Assembly (NCBI GenBank): GCA_965637545.1
Contig: OZ281495.1
Location: 29,512,001-29,576,000 of the forward strand
Length of the DNA: 64,000 nt
Direction: 5' to 3'
Origin: Phallusia mammillata
Taxonomy: Eukaryota
Below the pieces are notes generated by a model. The model had not been told where the DNA came from, made no database searches, and saw only the letters and a list, made by a program, of their open reading frames with translations. Positions 23,967 through 36,100 of the stretch are shown piece after piece. How positions within the stretch are numbered: the first letter of the stretch is position 1; each line of letters begins with the position of its first letter. The position numbers and the translations under genes were made by a program.

Positions 23967-24998
23967 GTGTACAGCGCAGAAAATTGTAACGCCCAGAGGT
24001 GGGCGCTACTCTCCAGGTTGGCGAGTCCTGTCCTTAGCTGTTTTGATAGATTCTACGTTTTATTACGCAATGAGCTTTTATGCTCTCGTAGGGGCGTAAA
24101 CATAGATTTTCTAAACCCGAGGTAGGCTAACCACAAACCTAATTCAAATAACTATTTCAACTTCAGATGAAAAGAGTTTGGGAACTACTGACCGACGCAC
24201 ACCTATAGCTTCACCCTTTGCTTATCGGAAGCTTGGTCTATAGTCGGTCTTCCCCAACAGGGCAACATTCGTATCTAAAAAAGATTGAAAAGTGTTAATT
24301 CAGGAGTGTTTGTGAATGCGGTCCGCGACGACATTTTACATGGAAAAGTTTGTAGTTTAAATCTGTGCTGCACACAGCTTACGAAAATGTGGATTACGCT
24401 TTACCGTATCCTACCCTTTCAAGCGTATGTAAAAATACACAATACATCGCTACAATACACAATGAGCATGTTTGTGACATTCCAAATTCAACAATTAAGC
24501 AACAACAACTTCCAACGTACATACACACGGCGATACAATAAGGCGTCACCTGCTAGGTCGTGGAATGCTTTTGTGTACCCTTTGCCACTTATCAACAACT
24601 CGGATCGCATTACCTAACCCGTTGCTTTACGACTCTTTCACTCTTGATCTGTTAGATATAGTTCCATGGAGAAAGGGAAACTTTTTGTGTTTCTGTCTCT
24701 GTTATGCCATTGAGTAGAGTTCTTGCAACTTAACTACAGTTTTTTTAGTATTAATGCATTGTAAGTAAGAGGTGTAGCTTTGTAAGGTAGTTTCTTTTCA
24801 TTTGCAAACTTTACTTTGTTAAAACCAGTGATTACACAAAGCTGCTCGCAATTGTTTATGCAAGATCAAAGCAAATAAATGCCAAAACGGTTTTGCCACT
24901 ATGGTTGAAATTAACATAGACTGCTAAAGAATTAAAAGATATATGTGGCTTGTCAACAGATCCTAAATAGTTCTTCATAGTAACGAAAGATGATTTAA

Positions 24999-27918
24999 AT
25001 GGATTCAAAACAAAATTTCGGCTGTAACATTGCTGAATCTGTTGGCAATTTGGTGCTGGGTGGAGAGCATACTTGGTCAAGCAGCAGTAGGACAGGTAAG
25101 AGTTCTTCTGTTGGTAAAAAATACAATTAGCATTTATAGCAAAGACACAATAAACATTCAAGACCGTCGGACAGTTACTAAGAAAAAAACACTTGATAAT
25201 GCCATCAAACAGGCTCCAATATGTGATAATCTTTATCTAAAATCTTTTTTATAGTTACCAGGATCACAAATGATTTATTTTTTTAAAGGAGAAGAAATCA
25301 AACCGACCTCGATTAAAAATGTCGCTCGAGCCACAGCCCATTTCGTGGAAACTGAGGTTTATTTAAAAGTGAAAAAACTTCAGCAGGAAAAGCGCGTCTC
25401 AGTGCTGCACCTATACGGGATGGCAGGTTCAGGAAAGTCCGAGATCGTGCTAAAGCTTGGAGAAAATTTTCCCTATAGCCAGGAAAAGTTATTCGTCAAA
25501 TGGCATATTGAGTGTAGCGACAAGATGCACGACATTAAGAAGCAGTTAGCTAAGCTCATTGATCTGATGGTGGCATCTAACTTATTGAATAGTTCTGATG
25601 GGTCAATCAAGTCTGCAACAACTTGTATAAAGCAAGGGAACTGCGAAGGGTTTGCAGACATTTTAGCTTCGTGCATTTGCCCGATTCTTATCATCATTGA
25701 AGATCCATCTGATGATAAATTCTTGGAAGATTTTCTGAGGAGCATCGATGATATAAGTGGCAGTGAAAACAAGATTCACGTCTACATTACATCGAAAAAC
25801 AAGGCTACCTGCATCCAAACAAAATCTGGCGCTTTCTACATTGAAAAGATTGAAGGGTTTACAGTCAAAGAAGGACTTCGCTTTCTTGGAATCGATGAAA
25901 CTTGGACAGAGAAAGACCGAAGTGCTGCCAAACAAATTGTAAAAAAATTAAGTGGATTTCCATTGGGATTGTGTGCAGTCAAAATGGCAAAAAAGCCACT
26001 GAGCTTTTTGGAAATAGATCCTTATGCGCTGCTGCAAAAAGAGAAAACTATATCTGGACAAAAGAAGCTTCTGTATCAAACAATTCTAAGCCAACTAGAT
26101 CCTCATCACAATAATGGAAATGACCAAGAAAGCCAAAATGAGCAAGATAAATGTCACTGGCAGGCAATATGTATGCTTGCTTTGGTGCACCATGGAAACA
26201 TTCCCAAGATCTTGGTTGAAAGAGTTATGCAGTCCATCCGAAAACAGAATGATGAAACTATACTGGACGAAGCAGACATTCAAAAAGCCAAAATACTCAA
26301 CGAGACAGAAGCAAACGAATTCATAGGGAAGTTTAGTGACTGTGGATTTTGCAAAGAGGAAATTACAGTTCAAAATGAAAAAAGAGTAACGTTTCACGCT
26401 GTTGTTTTCGGAGCAGTAAAATGGCACTTACACCAGCAAAAAGAGCTTCTCCAAACTACAACGAGATCTATGGTCACTTGTATAGCTGCCATCGTACACA
26501 AGGATTTAAGGCTTACCAAAGACCACGAATTTATGATAGACATGATACCTCATTTGCAAGCGCTACTCGATGGTGAATTAGAGTGCAAAAATGACCCATC
26601 CACGTTAACCTGCCAAGAAGGTCATACACAACTAATTCAGTTTTGCTACGCACATCTGCATGAAGTTTTGGGGTCAACGTTTGGCGAACAAATGAGTCAA
26701 CCAGTCTTGGCTGAAAAGCATCTTGAGTTTTCAATGCGCACATGGTTTATTATCCTAAAAAGATTGAAGGGAGAAGACATTTTTTACAATCCCGTGACAA
26801 CATTCTTAAGAGATGGAATACAAGAGAAGGCAAAAGTGATTGTTGATCACTGTGCAGAAGCCGGAAGAATACTGATGTCAACCGATTTCGATATTGAAAG
26901 ATACATCTCCATTGTTTTGCAACCGAGAGCAGATGAAGTTGATTTCTATGGGCAGAAATCGAACGAAGAGGTCAAAAATTATCTCAAAGCAGTTTCAGAG
27001 GCCATTCAGCCTCTTAATCCTGCCAAGCTCAGAAAGTTTAGGGATATGAATGTTCCGCTTTTCATGGAAAAAACAAAGTTGTTTAAAACTTTGATTGTTG
27101 AGCGAATTGCATCCGTCCTGCACACCATGAGTCTTCTGATCAAAAGTTATCGAGGAAACATCACTCAAGCTATTGGACAAAAATCAAAAGACTACGCGAC
27201 ACTGGCTGTTGCTATTTCAGAGGAAGTTTGCACACGATTTAGAGTCGCTCCGCCATTTTTACTTTTATCTGCTCGTGGCTCAGTACGAGCGAAATTAACG
27301 GCACTAAAACGGATTCAGAGCAGTCAGCAGCGAAACGTAGTTTTAGAAATAAAAAGGTTTATAGAGAAAAACCACATGGAAGACCGAATCCAGCAAATGT
27401 CTTTCTATGAACACGGTATTTGCAAACAAATCAGCACCCAAGAGTTTGACAATTTGAGGCATCAACGCGAGTTGACCCGGATTAACACAAAGCTGATAGC
27501 TCTTGGCCCAAGCGAGGACTTCAATGTCGAAGAAGCAGACCGCCAGTGCCAGTCATTGTACGAGAAAGCTATTCGTCGAAAGCAATGGAAAATCTCTATC
27601 AGATGCATCGTGTATTGCGGCAAGTACTGGGCCTGTCGGGGCGACTTTGTCAAAGCTGTTGAGCACTTCGATGAGGCATTGGAATGCAAGGGTATCCATA
27701 GTACAGCTGAGGCTGCAATGGCGTTTCCGTGGGCTTGTTACAACCACGCAAGGGCAGTACTGAGTCACAAAATAACGTATCGTGCAACAAAAAGCAAAGC
27801 TCTTTGTGAGCAAGCTTTGAAAATGCAAGAGTATATTTCAAACGATCTTCAAAAACATCTTGAAAATTCTCTTGAGGATTTAAATCGTATGATTAGTCCA
27901 ACCAAACCCAGCGTTTAA
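24999..27918 (+). CDS. NLR-like NB-ARC-TPR protein, copy D (908 aa)
   Basis: Exon 1 24999-25095 (MDSKQNFGCNIAESVGNLVLGGEHTWSSSSRT, donor G|GTAAGA) joins exon 2 25289-27918 (tttttttaaag|GA) in phase 1. Same motifs as copies A-C. Confidence 0.9.
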
Positions 27919-28073
27919 GTACTGAAATGAGCATTCTCGTTAGCTTGCAATTAACCCGAAAAATATTCATATGAGTTTACTTAGGGCAGCTGGTGTTTTG
28001 AGCCTGTGAAATTATATTTGTTTGTTTAAAGCCATTCGCATTCAAACCAACCGTTTCGTATAAGTGCATAGAT

Positions 28074-28310
28074 CAGTGGTTCTCAAACTTTTAATCATGC
28101 GGCGCATTAAAAATCTGAAATTTCCTTCCCCGGCACACTTCGCAGGTAAACATAACAGAAGTTGTTCAAAGAATGTTAATTTTCAACTTTATTGTGGTGG
28201 GTAAGGATGCTTTTCATTACGAATGACAAAAATAAGATCTTTAAAACGTTGTTATGCACACCAGTACTTCGTCATGAAGTCCTATAACACCAGGAACTGT
28301 TTGCACTTAA
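28074..28310. mobile_element. Partial hAT MITE-like insertion specific to the copy D flank
   Basis: Begins CAGTGGTTCTCAAACT. Absent from the paralogous C flank (aagtgcatagat|catagtatattg at ~16150-16170). No clear right TIR. Confidence 0.55.
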
Positions 28311-31300
28311 AGATATCATAGTATATTGTGTGTTTTTAGAGATGATGGTACTTCGTTTTGTTGTGATTTGTGCGTTTGAAATCTTTGTTTTACGTTTACT
28401 GCGATCGGTAAAGTGCCTGGTACTTTCTCCTGCTTTGTTTGTGAAACTACCCAACTTGCTGTTAATGATTTGCCATTTGTTTGTGGTTTATCTGTCATAC
28501 CCTGTTTATGTGCTAAATCACTCAAACTTACAACCTAACAACTAGCTAACAGACCGAAGAAGAAAAATAATACTATTGCACTTTTCTTATTTCTGTATGT
28601 TAATGTTTACTTAAGTGTGTTCAGCTACAAAAGTTTTGCAAATTGCGTGTAAATTTTTCTGTCATGTCACGTCAGTTCATTTGAACATTCATTTAAGCAT
28701 AACCTTGCCTAAAACTGGTTAAGGCAATAAAGGCGAAACGAATCCAAGTAATATCACTAGTATTATTTTTGTTTACCCCTTTGAAGTTGACTGTGCCAAA
28801 TCCCGAGGTTTATTAAATTAACATGTTCCATAGCTTTTTTGAAAACGATTTACGCATGACAGTCACGCTGTGTAAATAGGGCTGTCATGTATGAAGTGAA
28901 AACACCTAAAGTTCAAGACGACAGACATATTGTACGTGTGCTTGTGTGTTCACATCCCTTCTACTACGCTTGTGTTTTAAATTAAAATTACTTTTACTGG
29001 CATTGCTGCAAGCCAGTGCTTGTGCAAAAGACAATGCAATCTCAAATCGTAAAAAGTGTTTTGTTATTATTGGCGCGTCTAATAAAAGGTTCAGAATTTT
29101 AGTGGAACTAAAGATAAAGAGTAATGGTTTGGGTAATGTTTACAAAGAACTGATCGGGTTAAAGATATGCAAGAATGTGGAATCAAAACAAAACAGCTAG
29201 GATGAATGGTTAGCGGATTGCTTAAAAGTGACACCGACATGCTTCAAATTAGCCGGCTTCGAATTAGACTCTGAAACCAAAATGGCTAGTTGCAAGTAAG
29301 TTGTTTGAAACCATCCGGCTAGAAACGAGTCGTGACTTAAACTTGGTGTGGCTTATTGCGCAGTTTATCCGGTTTACTTATAGGACAAAAAAATCTAGTG
29401 AGTTATTTGACTTATAACACGGATAAGTTTAAGTACTCGTGGCGGAAACAAAGTAATCTATTAATTTACATTCGTTTTCAAATTTTCTCCAAACTACACT
29501 GCAACTTCTAAACTGCAATCATTTAGATTTATTTAACAAATAATTAGATTTTGCGAAAAGCCGACCTAAAAGTCCCAACGTCGGCGCTTTATCGACCAGA
29601 TTGAAAAGAGCTGTATTAGACTATGTTGAAAGACACAAAAAATGTAATTTATGCCTGGAATTACAAGAGCGCCTGGGGTTAAGCCCCGTACACCTGTCAA
29701 ACCGGGTCGACACGGGCAATTGACAAGTTCCTATTGACATTGGCATCGATGTGGCGGCAGGCATGGCATGATGGACGACCTGTGTGGCATCTGTGACAGC
29801 TTTAAACTGTCTGTCAACTTTTGATGCACCAAACGTGACACTGGTCGAGGAAGTATACAGTCCACACTGTGCTCTGATATGCAAAATTTTAATGGAACAC
29901 TAACGGCGGCTATTTTCGAGAATATGTCTCAAAAAATGCACCAATGAGCGTTTAATATTGGTCATTTAAACCGATGAACGGATCCGTATGTATTGCTCAT
30001 TGCATCAATTTGTATGTTAAAAAGTAAAAATAAAACAGAATATATTTTGGTGCTGTTAAAGATTCTTCAGAAATAAAGGTGTGCGTTTTATTTTGGTTCC
30101 AACGACCTATTTAACGTTTCGACAATTACTGAAACGCAAATCGTTTTTTGTTTCACCCTTGCATTCCGAGGCTGTTGAGCATGCCTAGTTAAACAGATAC
30201 ATCAAACAATTGGGCAACGTAGCATTGAGAAGTAACAAAGAAAAGCTATGTGGCAATTTAGTGAAACTGCTTGGTTGACACTTAACAAATAACCTGCACA
30301 TATGAAGTGTCTAAATGTGTTAACACTTTGTTTGAACAAAAATATAAAGTTTAAAACTATATACTAGTGCGTAAAACTATAGAGTCTGGGACAAAGTTTA
30401 AGAAGCAATAATTTTTTGGGACGCAACTTTAGAGGAAGCTGCATTAAAGTGGTGAGTAGTGGGACAAAAATGTTTGTTTGAAATATTTAAGACCTTGTCT
30501 AGTGTTTGAAATCGTAAAGTGACGAACAGAAAAAAATATTATTGATTTAATTCCCAATTGTGGTAAACTAGCCACCGGTGGCACTAAAGAGCTAAGACAT
30601 TACTGAAATATTACAATCGATCAGAGGTCAGTCATGATAACGTATTGTGTCAAATAATGAGGCACTTATTCCCCAGTAAAAACATGCTTCACCCCCTTGG
30701 GTGAAACAATGGATTTTTATCAAAATAATCTCAGTAAAAAAAGTTTTACAAAAGTACTAGTAACGACGACGTTATTTTGTACAGATTTCTAACCACTCTT
30801 GCGTTAGAAGGACCAAAGGTTGCGCATCCATGCCATAACAGACTTAGATAGTTTTTACGGCCTAAAATGTGAACACAAAAATGACAAAGCGCTTCGACAA
30901 GAGACAACATTGCACCCCGTCCTAAAGTTCGCCAACAGTATGAACAATTCAGGATGAGGACATATCAAGTCATTTTTCTGATGGAGGTTTCCGTTCAGTG
31001 TATGTACAAATACGGACATACGAGCGGAAACAAAAATCACTCTGCGTCATTTGAAAGTTTCGCTGGGAAGCAGGTTTTGCGTAAGAGCCAAGAAACTTTT
31101 GACGTACTCTAAAATCCTGTCAATACGATGTTTGCAACGAACCGGAATGCGTAACATAATTTCCAGGATCCCGTCGTCACGTACTTCCATACCGCGGGGA
31201 CACGAGACACGGTGGTCTGGGGTAGATCGGCACGCTATACCGCCCAGCCGTTGTTGGCAAAGTGCCCCATTGCGCCATTAAATCCGCTTTTTGCGTGAAC

Positions 31301-31399
31301 ACTACTCCATATTGAAAAGCAGGGTTACAAAAACACAGTTCACTTTTGCTTGAAAAAATATGCAAAATCGCGACAAAACACTTCGTGACCTTGAAACGC

Positions 31400-31605
31400 T
31401 GATGACGTAGCGATATGACGTGTAAGGTCATTTTGTGGCCAATGAGGTCAGCCCACCCATTCGACAGTGGGCGTGAGAGCAAAGGTATTTATTGATCCAG
31501 CTCTCTTTTAGTTTTGCCTTTTTCGCGCTCGATCCACGGTTTATATAAAGCGAAAGCGCAACACTTCGAAGTGAAATAGAAGATTCCTCAGTTTGATCGG
31601 TAAGG
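31400..31605 (+). promoter_or_regulatory. Putative promoter and short non-coding first exon of the IGFBP-domain gene
   Basis: CCAAT at 31439, TATATAAA at 31542-31549, and a donor CG|GTAAGG at 31600 about 50 nt downstream. Candidate acceptors at 33156 (gtgcag) and 33187 (attcag) precede the ATG at 33198. Confidence 0.45.
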
Positions 31606-31657
31606 AGGTTTGTTAAGACCGTGTAGGTGCTCTTGTATAATGCAGAGAATTATTTTA

Positions 31658-31830
31658 TATCCCGTTTCCATGGCCGTTGGTCCGATCGGACTTGTAAAAG
31701 TCCCATCGGACCTCCTCGCGAGGAGGTCCGCGAAAACGCTGAAAAAATTGCTGAGTCATTCCTTATTGCGTCCGATCGGACCGAAATAGCGGAAAAGTCC
31801 GATCGGGCCAGCGGCCATCGAAACGGGATA
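31658..31830. mobile_element. PIF/Harbinger (Tourist-like) MITE
   Basis: ~36-bp TIR tatcccgtttc(c/g)atggccg(t/c)tgg(t/c)ccgatcggactt; 3-bp TSD TTA; internal perfect palindrome ggacctcctcgcgaggaggtcc. Confidence 0.85.
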
Positions 31831-32189
31831 TTAGACGGCAAGTGAATCGTTATTGTGAGTTGCATGGTTTAAATTACAATTTGACATTAAACGCACCATA
31901 AGATACGACAAGTTATAGGTAAAAATAAATTGTTTATTTCTCAAAATAATTTGTGTATGGTTTTATATTTTTTTGTTTATCGAGTCAATAAGAAACCGAT
32001 TATATTTTTTACGCTACAAAACTTGTTGCACGTAAGGTCAGTTTATCAAAAATTTGCAAACGCATCTTTTAATTGTTAAACTACGTTTATCTGGTTGATT
32101 TTAGTTGTCATGAACGTTCTTACTTAACAAGTTTATTATATTGTTAAACTGTACAATTTACTAATTTTCAACCACGTTATACTCTAAGC

Positions 32190-32399
32190 CAGCAGTTCTC
32201 AAACTGTGCGTCGCGGCGCCCTGGTGCGTCGTTTGAATTTTCCAAGGACGTCGCAGAATATTCGTTTCGTGGCTTGTTGTTGTATCAATAAACACAACTT
32301 TAATAAAAAGTTTCCTCATTAACTTTTATTTGATGGTGCGTCGCTAGTCCAGAAAACTTTTCCAGAGGCGTCGCAACAAAAAAAGTTTGAGAAACACTG
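32190..32399. mobile_element. hAT MITE (family shared with 39152-39346)
   Basis: TIR CAGCAGTTCTCAAACT / AGTTTGAGAAACACTG; perfect TSD CTCTAAGC. Confidence 0.9.
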
Positions 32400-33197
32400 C
32401 TCTAAGCCGTCATCGGTTTTCAAACGCCAACCACAAAACAAACAAACATTGCTTTACGAAATTAAATTTTGCCTTTACCGTAAAGCATTTTTTTCTTAAC
32501 ACTTCCCCTTAGCGGCAACCCTTTTTTCAACCCTGGCCCTTCAACACGAAGGAATACTTAAAATGCCGGCAACCGCGTAATTCTCCGCTAGCCAGGCTTG
32601 TTAGCAGTGTTTGCTTTGTCGATTATACCGATTACTCTGGCCCGCATAACGCGTAATCGCTTATCGAGCCACCGACAGAGGTGTTCAACTACCAACCATG
32701 CGCGTAGCGAGCAAAGGCCTGTACCGAAGACCGCAAGTGGTGGATTGAAAATTCCATTACAAAGTTTCTAAACTTAAGGCCTGGTAGGATTCGTTGCGTG
32801 TAATGTTTCGAAATAGTGTTGAACCTGTTTAGTGTTAAACACCGTTAGCTGTCTGATGTGGTTTCGGAACGATTTACGCTTGGTTTTGTTGTTTGTTCTA
32901 GAAGCTTGCGTTAACACAGTTGACTGTTGGGATAGTTAAGGCTTATGTTAAGACAGTTTAACGGGAACATCAATTTCTACAGTTGCAAAGAAAAAAAAAA
33001 CGTTTTTGAAGTGATTAGTATTCTCACTTTCAGGATGATTTATAATCGAGGTTTATTCCTAAAATTTATGTTACGATATATTTAAGCATTGTCCAATTTC
33101 TATAAGATTCCTAATATTTCTGTAAACTTATCAAATATTTGCTTTGTGTTGTGCAGAAATTTAGGATCCCTATATATTTCAATTCAGCGTCAAAATC

Positions 33198-36100
33198 ATG
33201 AAATTCTATCATAGCTTCGTCGCGTTTCTGATTCTTGTATTACAAGTGCAAGCCGGAAAACTAAAGCACGAATCGACTCTGGACTGTGATCCGAACATAG
33301 GCGGATGCGAAAGTAATACTCACACCGATTCAAACGCAGAAGCGCCACAACCGATCCCAGCCCCGGTGGAACTGAAGCAGGAAACGGGTCGAAGTGAATT
33401 TGACATTGTGACTTCTAAACGTACCAGATCGACGCCGGCAAGACGACGTGAAAATCGACAACGTGAACGACATAACGCACCTACAATGTCGGTAGCAAGG
33501 CCTCAAGGAACAGCTGTTTCTGAAACCCGTGCTTTGACGGCAGAAATCGAAAGGCTAGAGACAGCGAGGGGTGGTTTACCACTTCCGAGGTCTGCGAAGG
33601 GCAAAAAATCGAAACGAAACAGAAGACGCAAGAAACAACGTCGCGGAGAACGTGTTTTCAGGCCAACGAACGCGAGTTACGAAGCTGAGGACGCGGTAAG
33701 CACGAGTGGACCTTACTGTCCTGAATGTTCACACATAGATTGTCGCGCCGACTTGAACAATTGCAAAGGCGGTTTGACGTTCGGTTTCTGCAACTGCTGC
33801 AAGCAATGTGCGAAAGTGGCGGGCGAGGAGTGCGGAGGAGTCCATGATCATTTCGGGAAGTGCGACAGGGGTCTAGAATGCAGCGTGTCACTGCGGAAAG
33901 CATCGGACGTGAGGGTTCTGACTACACGGAACACGCCGGAAGATATGAAGGGAATTTGCACCCGAGGTGAGAAAAAACAACAACAGTTTAAGCCGCACTT
34001 ATAAGAACATCAAAACATGTCAATTTCAAGAGGCACCAAAGCCCCCAAAGCGACCGTGATGGAGTGGGTGAAATATTCGCAGAATTATAGCAATTCTAAA
34101 TCACATAAGGCTAAGAGCTGGGTCAAAACAAGAGTATAATATTGATATAGATTTTTGTTAAATTAGTCCTCACCTGCATTAGGTCATGCAAAAACTAATA
34201 TTATTTGATTTGGGTACAACTGCTAAGCCACGCTGGAAGACAAATGTACACAATTGGCCTCGTTGAGTTTATAAATAGTAATAGTAAAGTCATCAGACGA
34301 TGTTAAAATGGTTCTAAGATGCTTTCATAAAAAAATCACTTTGATCACTTCCATATTGTTTTTCCAAAAAAAAGAAAACAGTATCTTTAGCCGTTCAGGG
34401 TTGTATTTTTGTGGCGGCAAGTGTCCCGAGAACCCGGGGCCTCCCAAATCCGCTCTTATACCATACTGGTAAAGTTGTTTCTTTTATAGTAATGGTTACT
34501 TCAAAATAGGTGAATTTTTACAATGTGAAATTGACAAAAACAATTAGCGTTCTTTTCTGGAAAAAGTTTGCAAAAATCGAATTTCCTTCAAATTCAGATT
34601 CCCTTTCCAATCACTCTTTTGATTTAGCTTATTTGCCTTTCAAATGCTCAACTAGACCGAAAAGGGGAAGTAACAAAGACCACGGGGCCGCTTCGCAACT
34701 CAAGTAGATAAGTTTCGGTCAAATCATCAAACCCGAACCGCGGCCAATCTCCTTAGCAGACCTCGCGTTTAATAATTCAACACCGATGACCCAATTGGTG
34801 CAGCGTTAGTAGAGGCACGTACACTTTCAACCGGGAGGGTGACGTCACGAGTGATGACGCCGCACACTGTGACGTAGTATGCTTTGTTTACTTAAAACAA
34901 AACTGGTATAACTGATGTACATTAAATACATTTCAATGCAAACCTACGTTTTTAATCAAGGACCTTTTCAATTGTTTAGTAATTATTATCACATATTTGG
35001 ATGGGGTACCATAAATGTTACGGTATTGTAAGATTTGGTTTTAATTTGTTAAAAAACAAGGTTTAAAAATGCACGCTAATTAAAGGTCTACGAAATTCTG
35101 TGGCAATGTTCAATGAATTAAAAAATAATTTCATCGGGGGCAATGCCACTAAAGTTATAAACATAAAGGCAGTGGGTGCGATTGATCTCAACAAACAAAG
35201 AATCTATCGCTTAATCATTGCAATAAACCAGGCGCTTTCAATTTGTGGCGTTTTCGGGTTACTTAATATCGATCGGGCTGTCAATGTTTCGCTCTTAGCG
35301 CAATAAATCGAATAAGCGACTCTTCCGCCTCTCAATGCTCGATTAAAAGTTGAGGGCTTCATTGTTTTGAATAAAGTTTACATAGTGACGCGAGAGCCGA
35401 CCACGGTCGATGTCCTTTTGTCTAAACGTTCGACATCGAAACAATAGCGGTCGATAAGGCTTATTGTGCTAAAGAGCTGTTGATCTAAATTGAAGAGGGT
35501 CAATAAAATGAGAATCGGCTTGTTAAGAGTACCAGGGTATGATATGGAATGACAAGTATCCAACAGACCCCTGAAGGGGACCACGGTGGCGTCAGTGCTG
35601 GCCACGTTTCATCACCACAGTGATTATAAATCGCTTATGGTCGCTGTGTTAGACAAACCAAGCATATAATGGTGTTTTTCAGTTGTTGATCAAAATGGGC
35701 GTCTCCGGAAATGTTCCCTAGAGTTCTAAATCGGGGCGGGCTTTTTTGTTTGGGTTCGGGCCTGATAAAGGCTTGGGTTTAAATAAAACGGTGTTGATTT
35801 AGGCCTGACCTCACACTAAGCCTCATGTGTGCCACAATTTTACCAACTATAGGGCGTAATTCGGGCTTAGTTTTTTTTAAATACATTTTCGTCTTGGGCC
35901 GGGTTTTGGACTCTTTAGGGTTCGGGGCGGTGCGGGGCTCGCACGTTGGGTTCGGGCCTGGGTTCCCTTTGCAATTTCGGGCCCCGTGCTTACAACTCTA
36001 GTTCCCTATGTTGTGCGCTTTCACAACTCCGCACTACCACAGCATGCTCCTTCAATGTTTCTTACAGTGGTCTGATCACATCCACGGTAACTTTGCCTAT

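Noticed and set aside
23985-24260. TGTAACGCCC start reminiscent of a Gypsy LTR
   Set aside because: No matching CA end with TSD, no second LTR, PBS or PPT found.
25270-25288. ORF-track start MIYFFK as the true N-terminus of copy D, and GTG 'METEVY' starts for B and C
   Set aside because: These are intron-derived or non-AUG starts; conserved acceptors and the conserved upstream exon give the real N-termini.
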